Shown: piece by piece, positions 1-6,374 of the stretch
Position numbering within the stretch: position 1 is the stretch's first letter
Layout of the letters: every line of letters starts with the position of its first letter
IMG/VR virus record: IMGVR_UViG_3300030116_004476
Location: 1-28,590 of that record
Source of the DNA: a virus
Lineage: Duplodnaviria; Caudoviricetes
Direction: 5' to 3' (one strand)
DNA: 28,590 bases
The notes under the pieces: model-generated
What the model was told of the DNA's origin: nothing
What the model saw: the letters and a program-made list of their open reading frames with translations, nothing else
The model's database searches: none
Made by a program: the position numbers and the translations under genes

Positions 1-295
1 CACCGTGATGCTCATGGTAAAATTCAAACCAAGCATCTTCAAACCACTCTTCGCCTTGTGGCGTGAAGTAAGTTTCAGCTTTAAATACTTCATGTCTTGC
101 CATTTCATCATTTACTGCTTGAAACATTATGTCAAATAATTGATTCTTTAACTGGTTGAATATCAGATCTTTAGTAGTTTCTATATCAATTTCTGAATAA
201 CCTTTTCGTACAGGTTTTTTTACTTGTGTTTCAGGATGTTTGTAGCCGTAAGTTTTTTCTTGTCTAAGTTCATTTAACGTTCTTTGCTTAGCCAT
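1..295 (-). CDS. Hypothetical early protein, runs off the window edge (MAKQRTLNELRQEK...WFEDAWFEFYHEHHG...)
   Basis: Hand translation from ATG at 295 is open to position 1; the start overlaps the stop of the upstream ORF (translational coupling). Not in the ORF track because it is truncated. Confidence 0.8.
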   Translation of the reverse strand, partial: MAKQRTLNELRQEKTYGYKHPETQVKKPVRKGYSEIDIETTKDLIFNQLKNQLFDIMFQAVNDEMARHEVFKAETYFTPQGEEWFEDAWFEFYHEHHG

Positions 296-452
296 TTTTC
301 TTAGATTTAGTTTCGTTATACGCCTTTTTCAACTGGGCGATTTCAGTTTGACACTTTCTTATTTGTTCTTTATTACCAACTTCTTGATAGAATTGTGTCC
401 AAGAATACAAGTTTTGTAGTTGTTTGGTAATTGTTTGTTGTTGTTTACTCAT
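288..452 (-). CDS. Small helical hypothetical protein (54 aa, MSKQQQTITKQLQNLYSW...)
   Basis: The ORF track gives 288..533, but 455-531 is a structured RNA. The ATG at 452 is the more plausible start. Confidence 0.7.
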   Translation of the reverse strand: MSKQQQTITKQLQNLYSWTQFYQEVGNKEQIRKCQTEIAQLKKAYNETKSKKNG

Positions 453-454
453 AG

Positions 455-531
455 TGGACGTGGGTGGGATCGAACCACCGTTTGTGCACCTTTGCTTACG
501 CCGCGGTTGCACCCTTCCAACTTTCACGCCC
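455..531 (-). ncRNA. tRNA-like RNA resembling the tRNA-like domain (TLD) of tmRNA, without an mRNA-like domain
   Basis: GGGCGTG/CACGTCC 7-bp acceptor stem with G3:U70 and discriminator A; T arm GGTGG-TTCGATC-CCACC; stemless D-loop AAAGTTGGAAGG with A at position 8; central interrupted hairpin GTGCA..CC..GC-GTAA-GC..GG-TGCAC in place of an anticodon arm; CCA not encoded. Confidence 0.7.
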
Positions 532-539
532 AAGTGTAC

Positions 540-752
540 TTACCTTAAATAAGTACCATAACCGCGTCTTCGGGTGAGTTTTGCGATAGTATCAGCATCT
601 TGTCTTGATAGTATTTGTATGTTGTTACCTGTTTTGTGATTGATAATATCAACACACCCGTATTTTTCTGCTGTGCTACAACCGACGCAAGTGTTATAGC
701 CATACTTAATTCTTACTGGATGTACTTCTTGTGTACCGCATTTACATATCAT
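540..752 (-). CDS. C4 zinc-finger protein, DksA/TraR-like finger
   Basis: CKCG-x7-R-x7-CVGC resembles the DksA/TraR C4 finger (CxxCG..I...R......CxxC); first gene downstream of motif copy 769-799. Confidence 0.55.
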   Translation of the reverse strand: MICKCGTQEVHPVRIKYGYNTCVGCSTAEKYGCVDIINHKTGNNIQILSRQDADTIAKLTRRRGYGTYLR

Positions 753-768
753 ATTGTTAATTTTATAA

Positions 769-799
769 TATTATCCAATAGTAATCGTATTTAGTCTGT
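769..799 (-). promoter_or_regulatory. Bipartite early-promoter-like motif, copy 1
   Basis: Minus strand ACAGACTAAATACGA-TTACTATTG-GATAATA, 16 nt upstream of ATG 752; its TAA is the stop codon of ORF 791-934. Confidence 0.75.
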
Positions 800-934
800 G
801 ACAAATGTTAAACCTTTGTAGTTAAACCATGCTTTTCTTTCGTATGGTACATCATTTAAAGTGTAACCTCTATATAATTTGCCATCTAGTCTTATTAAAG
901 ATCTATTACTTGGGTAAAATTTAATTGTTTTCAT
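791..934 (-). CDS. Hypothetical micro-protein, 47 aa (MKTIKFYPSNRSLIRLDGKLYRGY...)
   Basis: Hand-translated ATG..TAA, tightly packed between neighbours. Confidence 0.7.
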   Translation of the reverse strand: MKTIKFYPSNRSLIRLDGKLYRGYTLNDVPYERKAWFNYKGLTFVTD

Positions 935-935
935 G

Positions 936-1091
936 TTATTTTAGATTATATTCCATTCGCTTGATGGTGTTATTTACTAGTTTTCTTACTTCTGCACCAA
1001 ACTCTTGATCGTTTGGGTACTTTTGCTTTAATTCAGTGACTTGTAGCCATCTTAATTGAGCTAATTTATTTTGTTTATCTATATATCTCAT
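936..1091 (-). CDS. Hypothetical micro-protein, 51 aa (MRYIDKQ...KYPNDQEFGAEVRKLV...)
   Basis: Hand-translated; ATGA overlap with the upstream ORF stop. Confidence 0.7.
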   Translation of the reverse strand: MRYIDKQNKLAQLRWLQVTELKQKYPNDQEFGAEVRKLVNNTIKRMEYNLK

Positions 1092-1261
1092 ATTACTGGT
1101 ATGTGATTAGTATCTATTTCAAGATCACCGTTATAAATTTTTTGTGCTTGTAAGTAAGCATAAGTATATTTCTGTGTTTCAGTACCTGCTGTTTGTATAC
1201 TACCATACAAGCCAGTTAGTATATCTTTAGTTATTGATTCAATTGCTTGTTGTTCTGTCAT
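1088..1261 (-). CDS. Hypothetical micro-protein, 57 aa (MTEQQAIESITKDIL...)
   Basis: Hand-translated; ATGA overlaps at both ends. Confidence 0.7.
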   Translation of the reverse strand: MTEQQAIESITKDILTGLYGSIQTAGTETQKYTYAYLQAQKIYNGDLEIDTNHIPVI

Positions 1262-1428
1262 TTGTTTAGTTCTTTTATTATTTTTACTATTAATTCTTCT
1301 GCATCTTCGACATACTTGTCGTCAGTTTCAGTGTAACCAAGTTCTTCAAACATATAATAATCTAGCTCATTATATATAGTATTTACTACTCGATCACATA
1401 TTTTATCTATTACTTCTTGCTCTGTCAT
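1258..1428 (-). CDS. Acidic hypothetical micro-protein, 56 aa (MTEQEVIDKICD...)
   Basis: ORF track 1258..1446; the ATG at 1428, just after the upstream stop, is the likelier start. Confidence 0.7.
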   Translation of the reverse strand: MTEQEVIDKICDRVVNTIYNELDYYMFEELGYTETDDKYVEDAEELIVKIIKELNK

Positions 1429-1429
1429 A

Positions 1430-1591
1430 TTAGAATAAGTATTCAAACCAGAATTTAAACAAGTTTTTTAGTGCTATTGCCATAGTTGGTATCCATATTG
1501 CTAAGAATATAGTAGTCATAATCGTAGCATAGATTTTTAGCATTTTTTCTTCGACTGCTTTGTAGCAGAATTTAATTAGTTTTGCTTTCAT
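1430..1591 (-). CDS. Small membrane protein, 53 aa (MKAKLIKF...IYATIMTTIFLAIWIPTMAIAL...)
   Basis: Hand-translated; one hydrophobic helix. Confidence 0.65.
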   Translation of the reverse strand: MKAKLIKFCYKAVEEKMLKIYATIMTTIFLAIWIPTMAIALKNLFKFWFEYLF

Positions 1592-1832
1592 TTGCTTTTA
1601 TTTTATTGATTAGTTCGTTAATTTCTTCATAGTTAAACACTTCATACTTGTTATCAACTTGTTGTTTTATATAATTATAAGTAAAGTGTTCAGGTTTTTT
1701 AGCTATGTCTGATGATAGTAGATCGCGCTTAACCCAGCCATACGGAGATGGATAGTTATTGTACACTTGCAATTTGATGTCACCATCTTCATAGATTATT
1801 GCTGTTAAGTTATTAGTGGTTATATATTTCAT
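1572..1832 (-). CDS. Hypothetical protein, about 86 aa (MKYITTNNL...)
   Basis: ORF track 1572..1847; the first ATG lies inside motif copy 2, so ATG 1832 is preferred. Confidence 0.7.
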   Translation of the reverse strand: MKYITTNNLTAIIYEDGDIKLQVYNNYPSPYGWVKRDLLSSDIAKKPEHFTYNYIKQQVDNKYEVFNYEEINELINKIKANESKTN

Positions 1833-1837
1833 AATAT

Positions 1838-1868
1838 TATTATCCATTAGCGATCGTATTTATTTTGT
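1838..1868 (-). promoter_or_regulatory. Bipartite early-promoter-like motif, copy 2
   Basis: ACAAAATAAATACGA-TCGCTAATG-GATAATA; its TAA is the stop codon of ORF 1860-2108. Confidence 0.7.
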
Positions 1869-2108
1869 AACTCTTAACATTGAGTCCACTTTTATTAGTC
1901 TTTTCTCAGTTTGTTTTAGCCAATAATAATAATATTGAGCTACATCTTCATTTAATATTCCATGATTTACATCTTCTTGTAACCAAGTAGTCATGTCTTG
2001 TATATTTATTATAGCTTCGCTAATATGTACTAAAGTACCATCTTGCTTTATTTCGTTGGGCGTAAGCATACTACCTACTAAACCAACTGTTAATATTAGT
2101 TTATTCAT
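1860..2108 (-). CDS. Hypothetical protein with signal-peptide-like N-terminus, 82 aa
   Basis: ORF track; MNKLILTVGLVGSML is a basic plus hydrophobic N-terminus. Confidence 0.7.
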   Translation of the reverse strand: MNKLILTVGLVGSMLTPNEIKQDGTLVHISEAIINIQDMTTWLQEDVNHGILNEDVAQYYYYWLKQTEKRLIKVDSMLRVTK

Positions 2109-2109
2109 T

Positions 2110-2205
2110 TTATTTTTTATTTTCTATTAAATCAAGTATTGTATCGAGTAATATAGTTACAACGACTATCGCTGCAGCTACACATGGAAATGCTATTAAT
2201 ATCAT
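2110..2205 (-). CDS. Single-TM micro-protein, 31 aa (MILIAFPCVAAAIVVVTILLDTILDLIENKK)
   Basis: Hand-translated; ATGA overlap upstream and stop 1 nt before the next ATG. Confidence 0.6.
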   Translation of the reverse strand: MILIAFPCVAAAIVVVTILLDTILDLIENKK

Positions 2206-2396
2206 AATTGTATTACTTTTATTGGTATGTTGTAACAACCTTCTTCATAAAATATAACTTTGTCAAAGTCACTTATATCATCTTCAAACTCATTTTCTAT
2301 AAATTCTAATAGTTCTTGAGTTAATTCTGTTGACTCATGTGTTAGCCAAGTTGATTCTTCGTTTGTATTTTTAGGTATTATTTCTAGTTCGTACAT
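2202..2396 (-). CDS. Very acidic hypothetical protein, 64 aa
   Basis: ORF track; E/D-rich. Confidence 0.7.
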   Translation of the reverse strand: MYELEIIPKNTNEESTWLTHESTELTQELLEFIENEFEDDISDFDKVIFYEEGCYNIPIKVIQL

Positions 2397-2581
2397 ATCT
2401 CGTTAGTTAAATTGTAAATAGTTTTATCACTGTGGAACATATATTCTACTTCATTTAAGTTATATCCAAGTTGTACAGAGATAAACTCGTCTAGTTCCAT
2501 TTCATATTTTTCATAGTTTATATCATGGTATTGATGTACTTCACCACTGCCAAAGTCTAATATAGTTAATGTTTGTTTCAT
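2384..2581 (-). CDS. Hypothetical protein, 65 aa
   Basis: ORF track; coupled to neighbours. Confidence 0.7.
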   Translation of the reverse strand: MKQTLTILDFGSGEVHQYHDINYEKYEMELDEFISVQLGYNLNEVEYMFHSDKTIYNLTNEICTN

Positions 2582-2772
2582 AGTATTTGACTTAGTATTT
2601 CATAGTGATTGTCTTGTTGAGACTTAGTTAGATTGACCCACTTTGGATCGCCAGAATAGTTATCTAAGTGATTCATGATTTGCTGTTCTAGTTCAGCTTT
2701 TTTGATTGTTTTGTTTACTTCGTCAAAAGCTTTTGCCCATGACCAGTTTGAAGGATTATTTGGATTATACAT
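2578..2772 (-). CDS. Hypothetical protein, 64 aa (MYNPNNPSNWSW...)
   Basis: ORF track; first gene after motif copy 3. Confidence 0.7.
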   Translation of the reverse strand: MYNPNNPSNWSWAKAFDEVNKTIKKAELEQQIMNHLDNYSGDPKWVNLTKSQQDNHYEILSQIL

Positions 2773-2797
2773 AAGCGTTAGTTTAATTAGTTTATAT

Positions 2798-2828
2798 TAT
2801 TATCCTACGACTTTCGTAGTTAGTTTGT
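2798..2828 (-). promoter_or_regulatory. Bipartite early-promoter-like motif, copy 3
   Basis: ACAAACTAACTACGA-AAGTCGTAG-GATAATA(ATATAAACTAA). Confidence 0.75.
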
Positions 2829-2871
2829 AGCACGGCGAGGAATCGAACCTCGCGTCTAACCATTCATGCTA
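2828..2871 (-). ncRNA. Armless tRNA-like minihelix (acceptor stem + T arm, no anticodon arm)
   Basis: TAGCATG-AATGGTTAGAC-GCGAGG-TTCGATT-CCTCGC-CGTGCTA: terminal stem TAGCATG/CGTGCTA, canonical T-loop, D-loop-like linker containing GG. Confidence 0.55.
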
Positions 2872-2945
2872 TGTGGTGCACTCGTTCATATTTGATTTAC
2901 CAGTAAACGAGTAGAACTAACTGGACTTTAGTATGTATTCAAAGA

Positions 2946-3185
2946 TTACTCTTTGATTGTAGCTAATTCTCTACAGAATTTAGGCACTGTGTTTGAATTA
3001 GTGTATGATTTGTACTCTTGAAAACATGGCATACTTTCAAACTTTTCTTGAAATAGTGAGTATATTTCGTCGTGGTCATAAGTAAATGTAATGTTTTTCT
3101 TGTTAGTAAAAGTGATTACAGTGTTTGTACCTAAAAGTGATTTTCTGATTACAAATCTTTTTGTTGTTAATTTATTATTTTTCAT
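2946..3185 (-). CDS. Hypothetical protein, 79 aa (MKNNKLTTKRFVIRKSL...)
   Basis: ORF track; first gene after motif copy 4. Confidence 0.75.
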   Translation of the reverse strand: MKNNKLTTKRFVIRKSLLGTNTVITFTNKKNITFTYDHDEIYSLFQEKFESMPCFQEYKSYTNSNTVPKFCRELATIKE

Positions 3186-3215
3186 AGTTATATTTTTTAG
3201 TTTGTTAGTTTATAT

Positions 3216-3246
3216 TATTATCTAATTAAGTTCGTATTTAGTTTGT
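3216..3246 (-). promoter_or_regulatory. Bipartite early-promoter-like motif, copy 4
   Basis: ACAAACTAAATACGA-ACTTAATTA-GATAATA(ATATAAACTAA). Confidence 0.75.
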
Positions 3247-3249
3247 AAA

Positions 3250-3417
3250 TTATTTTATGTTGTCAAGCATAGTTAATAATTCAGTTAAGTTTTTTTCGCA
3301 ATTAATATTTTGCAAATGATTTTTTAAATAGTTATTTTTTAAGTGCTCAGTTGTTATTGTAGTTGAGCTATGAAGTAAGTTTTTATGATTTAATATTTGA
3401 GTAATTAAGTTTTGCAT
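3250..3417 (-). CDS. Hypothetical micro-protein, 55 aa (MQNLITQILNHKNLL...)
   Basis: Hand-translated; fills the interval between motif copies 5 and 4. Confidence 0.6.
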   Translation of the reverse strand: MQNLITQILNHKNLLHSSTTITTEHLKNNYLKNHLQNINCEKNLTELLTMLDNIK

Positions 3418-3443
3418 ATTTGTAAGTTTTAATTAGTTTATAT

Positions 3444-3474
3444 TATTATCTATTTTACTTCGTAATTAGTTTGT
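3444..3474 (-). promoter_or_regulatory. Bipartite early-promoter-like motif, copy 5
   Basis: ACAAACTAATTACGA-AGTAAAATA-GATAATA(ATATAAACTAA). Confidence 0.75.
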
Positions 3475-3475
3475 A

Positions 3476-3589
3476 TTAAATTCCATTAAATGAAATATAA
3501 TTTATAATTCCATAAGTGACAATATTGTAAGTGATTAATGTTAATATTGTAGTTAAAAATAGTATTGAAATATAGTTTAAAGTTTTCAT
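3476..3589 (-). CDS. Hydrophobic micro-protein, 37 aa (MKTLNYISILFLTTILTLITYNIVTYGII...)
   Basis: Hand-translated; AACTAAA leader; stop immediately before motif copy 5. Confidence 0.55.
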   Translation of the reverse strand: MKTLNYISILFLTTILTLITYNIVTYGIINYISFNGI

Positions 3590-3682
3590 TTTAGTTAGTT
3601 TAAAAGGTGTATATTAGTTTATTAGTTAAAATTAGTTTAGGAGTGTAATGTAAATTGTCTAAGTATATAACAGAATAATTTA

Positions 3683-3817
3683 CTATTTTTTAAAGTTATT
3701 CATCATATGTTGTTTAACAATTGCCTCAATTTCTTCAGCAGTTTTAAAGTTTTTGTTTACAAATTTTCCATTTATCACTTCATTGTGAGCTTCGATGTTA
3801 GTTAAATATTTTTTCAT
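3683..3817 (-). CDS. Hypothetical micro-protein, 44 aa (MKKYLTNIEAHNEVING...)
   Basis: Hand-translated; first ORF after motif copy 6 and a GTAGC-AACGAA-GCTAC leader hairpin (3836-3851). Confidence 0.6.
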   Translation of the reverse strand: MKKYLTNIEAHNEVINGKFVNKNFKTAEEIEAIVKQHMMNNFKK

Positions 3818-3856
3818 AATTTCTAAGTTTAAGTTGTAGCTTCGTTGCTACGTATA

Positions 3857-3887
3857 TATTATCTATGCATCGTCGTAATTAGTTTGT
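3857..3887 (-). promoter_or_regulatory. Bipartite early-promoter-like motif, copy 6
   Basis: ACAAACTAATTACGA-CGATGCATA-GATAATA. Confidence 0.75.
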
Positions 3888-3889
3888 AA

Positions 3890-4220
3890 GTAGTTTAGTA
3901 AACTGAAATGATCAAACTATTGCACAATATAATTGCAAAACGATCAATATATACAAAATCATAAACTAAAATGATCGGGACCCGCAAAACAAAAACGCGT
4001 TTTACATTGCAAATACAAAATATAATTGTGGGGTAGCAACACTTTACTTCTAAATATCTAATAATAGGTGTGACAATAGCCTTATAAGTAGTATAATAAC
4101 AGGCAAATGTCACTATACCAAGTAAAAAACAAAAAATTAATGGTATAAATACAGGTAAAAACGAGTAAAATCCTGTAAATTACTATAATATCCGGTAATC
4201 CGCATAATTAAAAGACAAGC
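3890..4220. other. Non-coding divergent junction (candidate genome end/pac or origin region)
   Basis: Coding strand and A/T skew switch here; 3x AAAYGATC at 31-32 bp spacing, palindrome AAAACGCGTTTT (3992-4003), imperfect inverted repeat 4070-4113. Confidence 0.45.
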
Positions 4221-5771
4221 ATGGCTATAATTTACACGTATAAGTTAAAAACAGCGCCCACTTTAGAAGATTTAGTACTTATATCTGACATTGAAGATGG
4301 TAGAAAAACCAAAAACGTTACATTATCAGGTATAAAAGAAACAATAGACGTGGTAGACAGCATAATAGCTACACTACCCGTAGAAGCAAGCAGCGCTACT
4401 GGCAATGTTACTTTAAGTTTAAAAGGATTATCCGGTTTTGGTACTGCTGGGCAAGTAATAAAAGTTAATTCTGCCGGTAATGCGCTAGAATATGCAGATG
4501 ATTCAGGTGGTGACACGTATGATTTAAACGCAACACAAGACGGTGATAACGTAGATTTAAACTTAACGTCCGGTTCTGGCTCAGATAACTCAGTAGTTCA
4601 GCTAACAGCAGGTTCTAATATTACATTAACTAGAAATAGCGCTAATGAAATAACTATAGCATCGTCAGGAGGATCTGGTTCTGCACTTACCGTGTCGCAA
4701 GGTGGCACAGCAGTAGATACAGACGTAACTAATATTAATTTTGTAAGTGGATTTGCAGCAGTTGATGACTCAGGAACAGCTGGAAAAGTAGATTTAAATG
4801 CAGTTTACAATACTTCACTTGATAATTCTATAGAAACTGAAAACGCTTTAGGTGGTATACCAGCTGGAACAACAGTAGCTGACTTAAAAGGTGACACAAT
4901 AGTTTCTTTATTTGATGCATTGTTATTCCCAACAGTAAATCCTACGTACGTAATACCAACTAGAACATTTAGCTCTTCTGTAACAGGAACAAGAGAAGTA
5001 GGTACTACAGTTAGTCCAGCACTTACCGCAGGAGGTACTAAAAACGATGCTGGTGCATATACAGATATAAGTATTAAAAAATCTGTTAATGGAGGTTCTC
5101 AAACTACATTAGCATCAGGAGCGCCAACAGAAAGCAGCGCAAACAATTTACCGGCTCAGTTTGGATATGCAAATGAAAATAATCCAAATAAATCTTATAG
5201 CAAATCTGTAACAGATAGTAATTTAACAATACCAGCTCCAGCTAGTGGAAGCACATCGACAGTTGTTTATTCTTCAACAGCTAATTATAGCGCAGGCGAT
5301 GCACTAAAAGACAATAAAGGAAATTTTGACACGAGAACTCCAGCAGTTAGATCAACTAACGCTCCTCAAGCTGCAGCAACTAATTTTTCTAGTGCTAATA
5401 GAACAATAACAGGTTTATATCCATATTACTATTTAAAAAGCTCAAGCGCTATAACAACTGCAAGTATGGTTACTGCAATAGAAAACGGAACAGCTACAGC
5501 AGTAGTAGCATCTGCGTCAGGTACACTTAGTATTCCATACAATGTTTCTTCTCAATATTTAGCTGTTGCTTATCCTGCAACAAACACGACTAAAACAAAA
5601 TATTTTGTAACATCACTAGATAATGGTGATATAACAGTAGTATTTAATGCTGTAGCTACATCTAATGTAACATCTCCAAATAATTATTGGGAAGATATTT
5701 CATATAAGATACATACTTCAAACTCTGCTCTGACGAACTCAAACCCAACTATACAACTAAGAAACTCATAA
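4221..5771 (+). CDS. Virion structural / tail fibre-like protein, 516 aa
   Basis: S/T/G/A-rich beta composition, GTAGQVIKVNSAGNALEY fibre-type motif, located in a tail gene cluster. Confidence 0.6.
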   Translation: MAIIYTYKLKTAPTLEDLVLISDIEDGRKTKNVTLSGIKETIDVVDSIIATLPVEASSATGNVTLSLKGLSGFGTAGQVIKVNSAGNALEYADDSGGDTYDLNATQDGDNVDLNLTSGSGSDNSVVQLTAGSNITLTRNSANEITIASSGGSGSALTVSQGGTAVDTDVTNINFVSGFAAVDDSGTAGKVDLNAVYNTSLDNSIETENALGGIPAGTTVADLKGDTIVSLFDALLFPTVNPTYVIPTRTFSSSVTGTREVGTTVSPALTAGGTKNDAGAYTDISIKKSVNGGSQTTLASGAPTESSANNLPAQFGYANENNPNKSYSKSVTDSNLTIPAPASGSTSTVVYSSTANYSAGDALKDNKGNFDTRTPAVRSTNAPQAAATNFSSANRTITGLYPYYYLKSSSAITTASMVTAIENGTATAVVASASGTLSIPYNVSSQYLAVAYPATNTTKTKYFVTSLDNGDITVVFNAVATSNVTSPNNYWEDISYKIHTSNSALTNSNPTIQLRNS

Positions 5772-5772
5772 C

Positions 5773-6336
5773 ATGGCATTATCAGGAATACAGTTATCTG
5801 CAGGTATAATCACCGGTGCACCTAAACCAGTAGACGCAAAGTATGGCCCGTATACAGGTAATACTTTAGCTGCAGCTACTACAGCTGCTAAAACAGATAT
5901 AACTGTAGCGCTAAGATATGAAGGATTAACTGTAGGTATAAAAGTTGGCACAGATAATATTTTAGAGTATTGGTTTTACGGCGGCACCGCTGATAGTAAT
6001 TTTGTACAAAAAACAGGTACATCTGCCGCTTTAACAATAAAAGACTCAGGAACTGATGTTGACACAAATGTCAGTACTATAAACTTCTTAGGTACTTTAA
6101 ACGCCGCGCAAAACGGATCTGGTACTGTAGACGTGTCTTCCCAAACGTTTGTTTCAAATGTGGGGAGCGCATTATCATCTTGGATAATAGATCATAATTT
6201 AGGAACCTATCCAGCTGTAACCACTGTTAATAGCAGTGATGAAGTTGTTTTTGGTGAAGTAACTTATAATTCTAATAACCAAGTGAGAATAAACTTTTCC
6301 ACAGCAATTGCGGGGAAGGCATATTTAAATGTATAA
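5773..6336 (+). CDS. Tail-associated structural protein, 187 aa
   Basis: C-terminal WIIDHNLGTYPAV...GEVTY...INFSTAIAGKAYL small beta domain of phage fibre-associated proteins; shares a module with the upstream protein. Confidence 0.55.
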   Translation: MALSGIQLSAGIITGAPKPVDAKYGPYTGNTLAAATTAAKTDITVALRYEGLTVGIKVGTDNILEYWFYGGTADSNFVQKTGTSAALTIKDSGTDVDTNVSTINFLGTLNAAQNGSGTVDVSSQTFVSNVGSALSSWIIDHNLGTYPAVTTVNSSDEVVFGEVTYNSNNQVRINFSTAIAGKAYLNV

Positions 6337-6374
6337 AACAACAAAAAACAAATAACAATTAAAAATTAAAAAAA

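Noticed and set aside
455-531. Canonical tRNA gene call
   Set aside because: No D stem, no U8 and no 5-bp/7-nt anticodon arm could be built.
453-533. N-terminal extension of ORF 288..533 (MGVKVGRV...)
   Set aside because: It coincides with the structured tRNA-like element and starts at TTG; ATG 452 is more plausible.
2874-2924. HDV-like (tRNA-associated) ribozyme
   Set aside because: No P3/L3 or P1.1 elements, and it lies 5' rather than 3' of the tRNA-like element.
769-3887. CRISPR array or integron attC/att-site interpretation of the repeats
   Set aside because: Spacing is irregular (228-1069 bp) and gene-filled, the repeats are not palindromic, the central 9 nt vary, and there is no cas or integrase gene in the window.
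3895-4113. 72-aa minus-strand ORF
   Set aside because: GTG start inside an inverted repeat, atypical composition, and it lies upstream of the first promoter-like motif; likely non-coding.
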